56,750 nt of DNA from Gammaproteobacteria bacterium (GTDB lineage Bacteria > Pseudomonadota > Gammaproteobacteria > GCF-002020875), in the NCBI GenBank assembly GCA_018648825.1, contig JABGQL010000034.1, positions 1 through 56,750 on the forward strand, read 5' to 3'. The number at the start of each line of letters is the position of its first letter. Within the stretch, counting starts at the first letter, position 1. Made by a program: the position numbers and the translations under genes. Below are positions 1 to 8,579 of the stretch, in pieces. The notes below the pieces were generated by a model. The model was not told where the DNA came from. It did no database searches and was given only the letters and a program-made list of their open reading frames with translations.

Positions 1-161
1 ACTTATTGTGTCGCGCAATGGAAAATACCCCGCTCTAAAAACGCGGAAACTTCAGATTTAAAGACGGAATTGAGGTGACTTCAGAGAACCAGATGGCCGC
101 CTAATTTGATGCCCCAAACACCAGATTTGACAATAACTCGGTTACGGCGGGCGATAGACAG

Positions 162-1364
162 ATGATTGCAGCAGAGATTTCAGAAAATCCGATTGATAAG
201 AGATCTGTTTACATCGCAGCAGGCCTGATTTCTGGCTGCGGGGCACTGACATTTAACGTGATGCCCATACTTGTCGGAGCAATGGCTGATGCATTCCAAC
301 TGAGTAAAACTGAGCTGGGGGACATCGTTGCCAGTTTTAGCATCGGTTTCACCCTGATTGCGATTGCTGCACTTTTTTGGGTGCATAAAGTCAATTGGAG
401 AATAGCTTCCATTGCGGCTGTAGCACTATCCGTGGCTGCTCTGGCAGCGATGACACTAATTAGCACTGTACAAGCACTCTCTCTACTCACACTGCTGGTT
501 GGCGTTGGCATGGGGGCTCTCTACGCCCTAGTGATGGCAATTCTCAGCGGCAGTAACCAACCGGACCGTGCCTTTGGTTTGAAGTTGGGACTGGAGACTC
601 TACCCGGAGCCATTCTTCTTTTTCTACTCCCCGTTACCATAGCACCGACCTTCGGCTTCGATGGTATTGTGCTTACCATGGCTGCAACAGCTCTTCTTTT
701 AGGCACAGCTAGCTTTTTTCTGCCAACACAGAGTGCCAATAGCCACCATATACAAAGCTCAATCAACCAACAAGACCTATGGCTTACCATATTAGCCTTG
801 GGTGCCAGCCTACTATTCTTTACCGGCATAGCCGCCTCTTGGGCCTTCCTTGAACTGCTCGCCAAAACTCAATCCCTACCCACTGAGGATGTCGGCACTA
901 TTCTGGCTATTGCATTTATTATTTGCGGTGTAGGTGGTTTTGTCGCCGCTGCTATCGGCGACCGCTATGGACGAATTCTCCCTGTAGCTGGGATCATATT
1001 GAGCAACTGTGTGGGCCTTTGGATACTGAGTATTTTCACCAGCTCCATAGAATATGCCATTGGCACTTCATTATTTCTCTTTAGCGTCAACTTTGCACTG
1101 GCATATACCTTTGGGTTGACCGCAGAGGTAGACAGCAGTGGGGTCATGATTGTGCTCTCTGCCGCCATATTATCCATAGGGAGTATAATTGGCCCAGCCA
1201 CTGCTGGACGATTGGTAGAGTCTATGGGCTATGACGCAATGCTACTATTTTCTGCAGGCTGCGCAATCGCCTCACTCTTACTCTACCTCTTCGTCTACCG
1301 CATCCATTGTAGAGCCAGTCCACGAAGTCTTAGAGTAGAGGCAACTAACAATCAAAAGTGTTGA
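162..1364 (+). CDS. Multi-pass membrane transporter, probably major facilitator superfamily (substrate unknown)
   Basis: 400-aa ORF made almost entirely of hydrophobic Gly/Ala-rich helices (about 12), with a central loop. No family-specific motif recognised. Confidence 0.55.
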   Translation: MIAAEISENPIDKRSVYIAAGLISGCGALTFNVMPILVGAMADAFQLSKTELGDIVASFSIGFTLIAIAALFWVHKVNWRIASIAAVALSVAALAAMTLISTVQALSLLTLLVGVGMGALYALVMAILSGSNQPDRAFGLKLGLETLPGAILLFLLPVTIAPTFGFDGIVLTMAATALLLGTASFFLPTQSANSHHIQSSINQQDLWLTILALGASLLFFTGIAASWAFLELLAKTQSLPTEDVGTILAIAFIICGVGGFVAAAIGDRYGRILPVAGIILSNCVGLWILSIFTSSIEYAIGTSLFLFSVNFALAYTFGLTAEVDSSGVMIVLSAAILSIGSIIGPATAGRLVESMGYDAMLLFSAGCAIASLLLYLFVYRIHCRASPRSLRVEATNNQKC

Positions 1365-2317
1365 AAACCACTCCCCACTGGTTTCCACGCTCCACTCCAT
1401 GACACCCCCCCCCCCGACTGAACCTCACCCACTACGCTCATCTTGCAGTTCATTGCCCTCAACTGCTGCCTCACCCCCTCGACTAACTCCGCAGGCAGCG
1501 TAAAACAGAGTTCGTAATCATCTCCTGCAGTCAGCGCTAAATTAAGCTGCTGATCTGTTGTGAGGTGAGAGAGGGCGGGGTGTACGGGGATCGCCTCAAG
1601 ATCAAGCTCCGCCCCCACCCCGCTACGCTCTGTAATATGGCCCAAATCAGCCAGCAGCCCATCCGAGAGATCAATCATCGCGGTAGCATGCTCCCGCAAC
1701 AGCAGCCCAACCTCGATTCGGGGGGTAGGTCGCTCAAGGTGATGGCGGATCGCTATCGCCTCTTCTCCCTGTTGCAGCTGCTGCAGCGCATAGCCTGCTG
1801 CACCCAAGGTTTCAGTTACGCAAATTTGCTCCCCCAGCTCTGCTCCTGCTCGTGTAATAGCCTTACCACGAGGGACGATGCCGTGGACTTGCAGAGTTAG
1901 GGTTAGAGGGCCACGCGTGGTATCACCACCCACCAGATCAACCTTGTGCTGCTGTGCCAGCGCAAACAGCCCCTCTGAAAATGGTTTGAGCCATTCGGGG
2001 TTGCTCTCAGGTAGTGTCAGCGCCAATGTCGCCCAACGCGGCTCAGCCCCCATTGCGGCAAGGTCACTCAGATTGACGGCGAGCAGTTTGTGGCCAAGTG
2101 CAGCCGGATCGACATCGGGGAAGAAATGCACCCCTTCCACCATGGTATCAATAGAGACAACCAGCTGATGATCACTCGGCAACTGTAATAGTGCCGCATC
2201 ATCCCCGATACCGAGCACGGTATCGGAGTGATAACTAGGGTGGCCCGAGAAGTACTCTCGGATCAGGGTAAATTCAGCCGCGTTTTTTCTGTTGCTTCTG
2301 CTGCTTCTGCTGCTCAT
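1352..2317 (-). CDS. thiL: Thiamine-monophosphate kinase
   Basis: AEFTLIREYF, LGIGDDAALL, VNLSDLAAMGA, GGDTTRGP, DLSDGL and GDDYEL motifs resemble E. coli ThiL, and the gene sits just downstream of nusB. The only ATG before the conserved N-terminus is at 2317. The ORF-track start at 2353 is a TTG inside nusB. Confidence 0.85.
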   Translation of the reverse strand: MSSRSSRSNRKNAAEFTLIREYFSGHPSYHSDTVLGIGDDAALLQLPSDHQLVVSIDTMVEGVHFFPDVDPAALGHKLLAVNLSDLAAMGAEPRWATLALTLPESNPEWLKPFSEGLFALAQQHKVDLVGGDTTRGPLTLTLQVHGIVPRGKAITRAGAELGEQICVTETLGAAGYALQQLQQGEEAIAIRHHLERPTPRIEVGLLLREHATAMIDLSDGLLADLGHITERSGVGAELDLEAIPVHPALSHLTTDQQLNLALTAGDDYELCFTLPAELVEGVRQQLRAMNCKMSVVGEVQSGGGVSWSGAWKPVGSGFQHF

Positions 2318-2738
2318 GAGCGGCAAACTCCACGGCACGCGCCTCGCGTGCAACCTTATCTAGCGCAGCATTAATGAACTGATGACTCTTGGCTGAACCA
2401 AAGGTCTTAGAGAGGTTAATATACTCATTGAGCACAACCCGATAGGGCACCTCCGGCATATAGAGCAGTTCGTACCCACCCAGACGCAGTAGCGCCTTCT
2501 CTACGGGATCGACCTGATCAATCTCTCGACTGAGGTGAGGCGAAAGGGCTTGATCGACGGCAATCGCTTCATCAATCAAGCCACCGACGATTTTCTCAAA
2601 CAGTTCACCGTCAGCCCTCTCCAGAATGCCCTCTTCACGGAACTGGCTAACAATCTCGGGCGCTGGCTGCGCCGAAATTGACCATTGATAAAGCGCCTGT
2701 ACTGCAGCGCGACGAGACCTAGAACGTTCTTTAGACAC
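2274..2738 (-). CDS. nusB: Transcription antitermination factor NusB with a short Q/K-rich C-terminal tail
   Basis: RRAAVQALYQW..., LLRLGGYELLY and FINAALDKV motifs; ribH-nusB-thiL synteny. The tail HEQQKQQKQQKKRG is encoded by a CAG/AAG repeat. Confidence 0.9.
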   Translation of the reverse strand: MSKERSRSRRAAVQALYQWSISAQPAPEIVSQFREEGILERADGELFEKIVGGLIDEAIAVDQALSPHLSREIDQVDPVEKALLRLGGYELLYMPEVPYRVVLNEYINLSKTFGSAKSHQFINAALDKVAREARAVEFAAHEQQKQQKQQKKRG

Positions 2739-2747
2739 GAAGTAGAC

Positions 2748-3224
2748 TTATAGCTGCTTCAGCAGGTTGACCATCTCAATCGCAGACATCGCAGCTTCTG
2801 CACCTTTATTGCCCGCCTTGGTACCAGAACGCTCAATCGCCTGTTCAATCGTATCTACCGTCAACAGACCGAAAGTAACCGGAACACTGCTCTCCAGCGA
2901 TACCTGTGCCAACCCTTTAGTCGCCTCTCCGGCAACAAAATCAAAGTGTGGAGTGCCACCACGAATCACTGCACCGATAGCGATAATCGCATCATAATTA
3001 CCCTCTACCATACGTTGTGCCGCAATCGGCATCTCGAAAGCACCAGGCACACGCACCACATGGATATCTTCTGTCTTGGCACCATTACGGACCAGCGCAT
3101 CAATTGCACCATCCAGCAGGCTCTCAACAACGAAGCTGTTGAAACGGGCTACTACAATACCAAAACGTCCACCCTCTACATTCAGGTTGGCCTCGGTTAC
3201 TTTTACGTCGTTGTTCATTTCCAT
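2748..3224 (-). CDS. ribH: 6,7-dimethyl-8-ribityllumazine synthase
   Basis: [35 protein letters not shown] and [12 protein letters not shown] motifs. Confidence 0.95.
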   Translation of the reverse strand: MEMNNDVKVTEANLNVEGGRFGIVVARFNSFVVESLLDGAIDALVRNGAKTEDIHVVRVPGAFEMPIAAQRMVEGNYDAIIAIGAVIRGGTPHFDFVAGEATKGLAQVSLESSVPVTFGLLTVDTIEQAIERSGTKAGNKGAEAAMSAIEMVNLLKQL

Positions 3225-3263
3225 CTTCCTCGCGGTTATTTTTTCTGTAATCGGCTCAGTATA

Positions 3264-4367
3264 CTAATACGAGACGTTTTCTGTAACCTCTAGCCCAAAG
3301 CCGGAGAGTGCATGCATCTTTCTTGGGGTACCCAGTACTTTCATCTTACGTACACCAAGGTCGAGTAGAATCTGTGCACCAACACCAAAGTCGCGCAGCT
3401 CTCCACTGTCCTTCTTCTGTGGTGTCGCCGCTGCCCCCTCTTTATGGTTGCGAATGCGTTGAATCAGGTCACTGCTGTCATCCTCTTTACGCAGTAGCAG
3501 CAGCACCCCGTTCTCCTCTTCGGCAATACGGCTCATATCTCGGTCTAGAGTGCGACCACACCCCTCACCCTCTACAGAGAAGAGGTCACATAGGGTATCC
3601 AGCATATGAACACGTACCAGCACAGACTGCTCTGGATCAATATCCCCCTTCACCAGCGCCAGATGGACCTCACCACCAATCGCCTCGCGATAGGCCTTAA
3701 CGTGGAATGCACCATACTGGGTCTCCAGATCACTCTCTGCTTCAGCCTCTACTGTCTTCTCATTACGGATGCGATACTCAATCAGGTCCGCCACGGTACC
3801 TAGCTTTAGTCCGTGCTCTTCAGCAAAGGTCTCCAGATCAGGGCGGCGTGCCATGGTGCCATCTTCGTTGAGGATCTCAACAATCATCGAGGCGGGTTGC
3901 AACCCGGCCAGACGAGCCAAATCACAACCGGCTTCGGTATGGCCTGCGCGGGTCAGTACACCGCCCGGCTGGGCCATCAACGGAAAGATGTGGCCCGGCA
4001 TCACGATATCTTCCGGACTTGCATCTGCCGCTGTTGCCGCTTTGACGGTTATGGCACGATCTGCAGCAGAGATCCCTGTAGTGACACCTGACGAGGCCTC
4101 AATAGAGACCGTAAAGTTGGTGCCATGCAGGTCGCTATTACCATCCACCATCAACGGTAGATTAAGCTGTTCGCAACGGTTGCGGGTCAGGGTGAGACAG
4201 ATCAAGCCACGGCCATAGCGGGCCATAAAGTTGACATCCTCAGGGGTCACTTTATCGGCCGCCATGATCAAGTCACCCTCATTCTCACGGTCTTCATCAT
4301 CCATCAACACCACCATCTTACCTTGACGGATATCTTCAATAATCTCTTCTGGGCTGTTCAATTCCAT
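3264..4367 (-). CDS. ribBA: Bifunctional 3,4-dihydroxy-2-butanone-4-phosphate synthase / GTP cyclohydrolase II-like protein
   Basis: DDEDRENEGDL, RYGRGLICL, TRAGHTEA and GTVADLIEYR (DHBP synthase half), followed by a cyclohydrolase II-like C-terminal half. Confidence 0.93.
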   Translation of the reverse strand: MELNSPEEIIEDIRQGKMVVLMDDEDRENEGDLIMAADKVTPEDVNFMARYGRGLICLTLTRNRCEQLNLPLMVDGNSDLHGTNFTVSIEASSGVTTGISAADRAITVKAATAADASPEDIVMPGHIFPLMAQPGGVLTRAGHTEAGCDLARLAGLQPASMIVEILNEDGTMARRPDLETFAEEHGLKLGTVADLIEYRIRNEKTVEAEAESDLETQYGAFHVKAYREAIGGEVHLALVKGDIDPEQSVLVRVHMLDTLCDLFSVEGEGCGRTLDRDMSRIAEEENGVLLLLRKEDDSSDLIQRIRNHKEGAAATPQKKDSGELRDFGVGAQILLDLGVRKMKVLGTPRKMHALSGFGLEVTENVSY

Positions 4368-4373
4368 TCTTTT

Positions 4374-5036
4374 CTATCTTCCTAAAAATCCATTTTCCGC
4401 AAGGAACTCCATGCTGATGCCTTGAGTATCCGGTTCGGCGGCGCGATCTCCCAACATCATCCGCTCTAGATAGCGGGCAATGAGATCGACTTCGAGGTTA
4501 ATTTTGGTACCCACCATAAACTCATCCATGGTGGTCTCTTGTAGAGTGTGGGGGACAATATTGAGATCAAAAACTGCGCCGTTGACACCATTCACGGTGA
4601 GGCTGATGCCATTGACAGTAATCGACCCCTTCTCTGCAATATAGCGAGCCAGCTCATCGGGTGCCTTGATTTTGAACTGTACCGAACGACCATCATCGGC
4701 TCGGCTGATCACCTCTCCTACGCCATCGACATGACCACTCACCAGATGACCGCCCAGACGGGTGGTTGGGGTCAGCGCCTTCTCTAAGTTCACGACAGAA
4801 CCCGCTTTCAAGGTTGCAAAGGCGGTACGGGCGAAGGTCTCACCTGAGACATCAGCAACAAAGCCATTTCCCGGCAGCTCTACAGCAGTCAGGCAGACCC
4901 CATTGACCGCAATACTGTCGCCGAGTTGCACATCTCCTAAGTCGAGCTTTCCGGTCTCTACAGCCACCTTTGCATCGTTCCCTTTGGGTTCGATACGACT
5001 GATTTTGCCGATTGATTCAATAATTCCTGTAAACAT
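4374..5036 (-). CDS. ribE: Riboflavin synthase (alpha chain)
   Basis: MFTGIIESIGKI start, internal duplicated barrel (GDSIAVNGVCLT / GSITVNGISLTV). Start trimmed to the MFTGII Met. Confidence 0.92.
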   Translation of the reverse strand: MFTGIIESIGKISRIEPKGNDAKVAVETGKLDLGDVQLGDSIAVNGVCLTAVELPGNGFVADVSGETFARTAFATLKAGSVVNLEKALTPTTRLGGHLVSGHVDGVGEVISRADDGRSVQFKIKAPDELARYIAEKGSITVNGISLTVNGVNGAVFDLNIVPHTLQETTMDEFMVGTKINLEVDLIARYLERMMLGDRAAEPDTQGISMEFLAENGFLGR

Positions 5037-5064
5037 GGGCGCGAATGTTACCACAAACGCCGCA

Positions 5065-7254
5065 TCACTCGATACGGAAGCTCTCTACCATCTTGATTAG
5101 CTGTTGTGAGTTCTGTGCCATATTCTGTGTAGAGGCTGAAGACTCCTCTACCATTGCAGCATTCTGCTGGTTCACGCTTTCTAGGTTAGAGACCGCTTGG
5201 TTCACCTGCCCTACATCCCGCTGCTGCTGATGCCCAACCTCACTAATTTGCGCAACCAGATCAGTCAATTGGTTAATCGCTTGGTGAATCTGTTGCAATG
5301 ACTTACCAGAACGGTTCACCTGTGCACTACCACTTTCAACACGGCTCACACTCTCTTCAATCAGCCCTTTCACCTCACTCGCCGCCTCGGAGGAGCGGTG
5401 CGCCAAATTGCGTACCTCTCCCGCAACCACGGCAAAGCCCTTACCTTGTTCTCCTGCACGGGCGGCCTCAACCGCCGCATTCAGTGCCAATAGATTCGTC
5501 TGGAAGGCGATAGAATCAATCACACCAATAATATCGGCAATACGACCACTGGAGTCTCGAATCCCCTCCATCGCCTCAATCGCCTGCTTAACAATCGTAT
5601 CCCCCTCTCCTGCCAGCTCGCTAGCCTCTTTAGACAGCGTACTCGCCTGATCGAGATGTCCCTGGCTCTGCTGAATACTCTGGTTCATCCCCTCCATATT
5701 CGCGGTTGTCTCTGACAGCGCCTGTGACTGCATAGCAATGCGTTCGGAGAGCGCCCCATTGCCACTGACCATATCGTTAGCCCCCAGCTCAACCTCAGCC
5801 GCAACCCCTCGTACCTGTTTCACCATATCGTGCAAATTATCGACGGTGTCATTGATTGAGTTCTTTAAGGTTAAGAAGTCGCCCTTATACTCACCCACCA
5901 TTCGCTGCGTCAAATCACCGTTAGAGACCTCAGGCAACACCTGTTCAACCTCTTGCAGTGGGGCCTGTAGTACATCCAGCATGCTGTTAATGCCATCCCC
6001 AAGCTCATGCAGATACCCTTCATAGCTGGTGGTATCGAGACGCTGCTGAATATCACCCTGCACTGCGGCATCAATCAGGCCTTGAATATCATTCTGGATA
6101 TTGTGCATCTCAGTCTTGTCGTGCCACTCTGCAATGGTACCTAAACGTTCGCCCGTCTCATTAAAGACCGGGATAAAAATTTGTTGAAGGATGCGCCCAG
6201 CCACCGTTACGGTCGATGTATGACCATTGACATCCATATCATCTAGGATCTTCTGGATGGCAGCAGGGTCACGGTGAAAATTATGGATATTCCCTCCCAC
6301 CAACTCATCCACGGAGAAGCTGGGGAGGACCTCACGAATCATCGACTCACGCTCCCGAAAGAAGCCTTCAACCGCCTTATTGAGATAGAGGATCTCCCCT
6401 TTAGGCCCGGCCAACATCACGTTGCTGGTGACATTATCCAGTGCCACCTTCAATTTTAGCGCCTCATTTTTCTCTGAAACAATCTTCCCAAACAGGTTCT
6501 GCTGCATATGATCGAGCGCGTTGATCAGGTCTACTGCCTCATTCTTCTGCTCAGTATGATGGTCAATGACTGTGGAAAAATCACCGCTGGCAATACGCCG
6601 TGCCGCCTCTACCGCAATACGCAGTGGAGCTGTGATCCCCCGTGAGATAAACAGTGAGATGGCAATCGCGATGGCCATACCAATCACAAACAGCAGTGCA
6701 ATATTGAGGAAGGTGCGTGGCCCAATCTCTTCCAGAGAGTCAACACGGAACAGTACCCGCAGCTCACCCCCATTATCCAATCCTGAGAGAGGCACAACCA
6801 TATAGAGCCGGTAGGGGTCATAACTCCAGTGACTCTTCTCTTCCGTAGCGCCTGTGAACTGCTCAAACAGACCTAAATCCTCCCCCACCATCTCTCCTCG
6901 TTGGAACTGGTGCTGTATCTCACGTGGCGGCTGTTTCGGGGAGAACGGAGTCGCCTCACGCGCTTCACTCATCCCCTTCATCTCCAGCCAGAGCAGGTCC
7001 GGATTGGCCTCATACAGCGCCTTGGCATCAGCAGAACGTAGCTTCATGATGTTGGCACCATTAATTGAGCGGGTCGCCAAACCTACCACGGGCTCTAGTG
7101 AGATACGCGCCTTCTCATATAGGTGCTCCCGTTCGCTATCCACACTGCTGCTATATTGGCTGACTGCCATAATGATCAATGCAATGGCACTCGGCAAGAT
7201 TGCAACCAACAGAATCGACCCACGAATAGAGTGGGGCAGTAGTGACTTCAGCAA
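5065..7254 (-). CDS. Membrane-bound methyl-accepting chemotaxis protein: 2 TM + HAMP + PAS (Aer2-like signature) + HAMP(s) + MA domain
   Basis: Signalling hairpin [40 protein letters not shown] segment with NIHNFHRDP ... TIAEWHDKTE. TTG start preceded by AAGAGGA. Confidence 0.85.
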   Translation of the reverse strand: MLKSLLPHSIRGSILLVAILPSAIALIIMAVSQYSSSVDSEREHLYEKARISLEPVVGLATRSINGANIMKLRSADAKALYEANPDLLWLEMKGMSEAREATPFSPKQPPREIQHQFQRGEMVGEDLGLFEQFTGATEEKSHWSYDPYRLYMVVPLSGLDNGGELRVLFRVDSLEEIGPRTFLNIALLFVIGMAIAIAISLFISRGITAPLRIAVEAARRIASGDFSTVIDHHTEQKNEAVDLINALDHMQQNLFGKIVSEKNEALKLKVALDNVTSNVMLAGPKGEILYLNKAVEGFFRERESMIREVLPSFSVDELVGGNIHNFHRDPAAIQKILDDMDVNGHTSTVTVAGRILQQIFIPVFNETGERLGTIAEWHDKTEMHNIQNDIQGLIDAAVQGDIQQRLDTTSYEGYLHELGDGINSMLDVLQAPLQEVEQVLPEVSNGDLTQRMVGEYKGDFLTLKNSINDTVDNLHDMVKQVRGVAAEVELGANDMVSGNGALSERIAMQSQALSETTANMEGMNQSIQQSQGHLDQASTLSKEASELAGEGDTIVKQAIEAMEGIRDSSGRIADIIGVIDSIAFQTNLLALNAAVEAARAGEQGKGFAVVAGEVRNLAHRSSEAASEVKGLIEESVSRVESGSAQVNRSGKSLQQIHQAINQLTDLVAQISEVGHQQQRDVGQVNQAVSNLESVNQQNAAMVEESSASTQNMAQNSQQLIKMVESFRIE

Positions 7255-7327
7255 TGTCTTTATCCTCTTAAAGATACAGCAACAACAAGCAATGGCAGGC
7301 TACCTATAGCCAATCCGACTTGAACTC

Positions 7328-7828
7328 TTATTTTGCAGTACCGCACTGCCCATTGAGACAGAACGCCTCATAACCGGTATGGCAGACAATACAGGTCTCC
7401 TCACTCAGCTGGGGCATGGCATTGGTCAGATTCTTTCCATCTTCACCATAGGTACGATAGACCGGCAGACCATTGCTGTAGCCGGTAAACATGATCGCTT
7501 TAAGGTCGATCAGGTGCAGTGCCATCTGTGGTCCATCACTAAAGTGGCCGTCACGTTTCTGATAGTTTGACTCAGAGCCCGGAGCAACCAAGATATTGAC
7601 CTTGCCTGGCCCCCCTTCACGCAGTGCACAGTAGGTGGCAACCGTCTCCTGGTAGATCGGCGGCAGTGATGAGACATCCGCCTCACAACCTGGCAACGCA
7701 CCAATCCCTGTTAGTGTGGTGTTAACCCCTTTCCATTCACTCCAGTTCGCAGGAAACTCAAAGGCTATCGCTCCTGAGGAGAGGGTAGCAAGTGAAGCGG
7801 TGAATAGCATGGCAATGGTTTTTTTCAT
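7328..7828 (-). CDS. Secreted c-type heme protein, cytochrome P460 / cytochrome c'-beta family-like
   Basis: Sec signal peptide and a single CIVCH heme-c motif near the C-terminus. FPANWSEWKGV and the RDGHFSDGPQMALHL blocks resemble my recollection of NYREWV... / GEFRDGTVTVKE / CAACH in Nitrosomonas P460. Confidence 0.55.
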   Translation of the reverse strand: MKKTIAMLFTASLATLSSGAIAFEFPANWSEWKGVNTTLTGIGALPGCEADVSSLPPIYQETVATYCALREGGPGKVNILVAPGSESNYQKRDGHFSDGPQMALHLIDLKAIMFTGYSNGLPVYRTYGEDGKNLTNAMPQLSEETCIVCHTGYEAFCLNGQCGTAK

Positions 7829-7900
7829 TGGGGAATTCCTTAATTGTCAGAATGTCATTTGAGTATACAAGCGGGTTTCACCTTCGTCTATCTAGAGGTA

Positions 7901-8070
7901 CCCTAGGAACCTGTCCGAGATATAGAGAACCTACTGCAAATCCCATAAAAGCCATAATCTGAGCCTATCGAATTCGTTAAATAGCGACACTATTCGCCTC
8001 ATTCAATAGGCTCACCTTATAATTTTTCTGTGATTTTCGCTACGGCTTCTATTCTCGGACAAGCTCCTAG
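7901..8070. repeat. ~170-bp imperfect palindromic intergenic element (arms 7901-7973 and 8001-8070)
   Basis: Arm cores CTAGGAACCTGTCCGAGA and, in reverse complement, CTAGGAGCTTGTCCGAGA match 16/18. By hand alignment about 76% complementarity continues over roughly 70 nt per arm, ending in GAGCCTAT(C/T)GAAT. Confidence 0.7.
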
Positions 8071-8072
8071 AC

Positions 8073-8579
8073 TCATTTGGGCAACTCAAAACAGAGTTCA
8101 TCAGGCAGCATTTTCTGAATCTCTCTGCGCAATAATGCTTCATCAATCGGTTTACGCAACAGGCTGAAACCTTCTCCAATCTGCTCTTCAAGGAGTTCAT
8201 TTTTGTAGTCACTATATGCCGTAAAGAAAATAATTGGCAGATTTGGATTCTGCTCACGCAGCCCCAAGGCGGTCTCCAATCCATCAATTCCGGGGGGCAT
8301 CCGCATATCCAGCAGAACTAAATCAAAGGGGGTGCCTGCTGCGGCCATCTCCCCAAAAACCCGTAAGGCATCTAACCCTTGGCTTACAGTAACCGCTCTA
8401 CAGTGGCTAGGGGCGTGCTCTTGTAGAGGGTCTTCGCCCTCCAACAAGGAGAACATCTCATCTAGCTCTTGATCAGTATCCTGCTCTTCTGGCGTAGCGG
8501 GTAAACCCAGCGCCAGCCGATAGTAGTCGATAACTCTTGGATCATCATCAGCAATCAGCAGATGTGGCTCTCTATGCAT
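8073..8579 (-). CDS. Stand-alone receiver (CheY-like) response regulator with an acidic insertion after beta1
   Basis: LLIADDDP, LVLLDMRMPPGIDG, IIFFTAYSD and LRKP receiver motifs, with no output domain. The ATG at 8579 overlaps the kinase stop by 8 nt. The longer ORF-track start was rejected. Confidence 0.8.
   Translation of the reverse strand: MHREPHLLIADDDPRVIDYYRLALGLPATPEEQDTDQELDEMFSLLEGEDPLQEHAPSHCRAVTVSQGLDALRVFGEMAAAGTPFDLVLLDMRMPPGIDGLETALGLREQNPNLPIIFFTAYSDYKNELLEEQIGEGFSLLRKPIDEALLRREIQKMLPDELCFELPK

Noticed and set aside
2739-5064. I looked for an FMN (RFN) riboswitch or other leader within or ahead of the rib genes.
   Set aside because: The intergenic gaps here are only 6-40 nt, too short for an RFN element. 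ribD overlaps nrdR. I saw no conserved RFN-like core.
8012-8287. 91-aa ORF overlapping the 3' end of the response-regulator gene in another frame.
   Set aside because: It is fully embedded in or adjacent to a gene with clear receiver motifs, and it has no independent signals.
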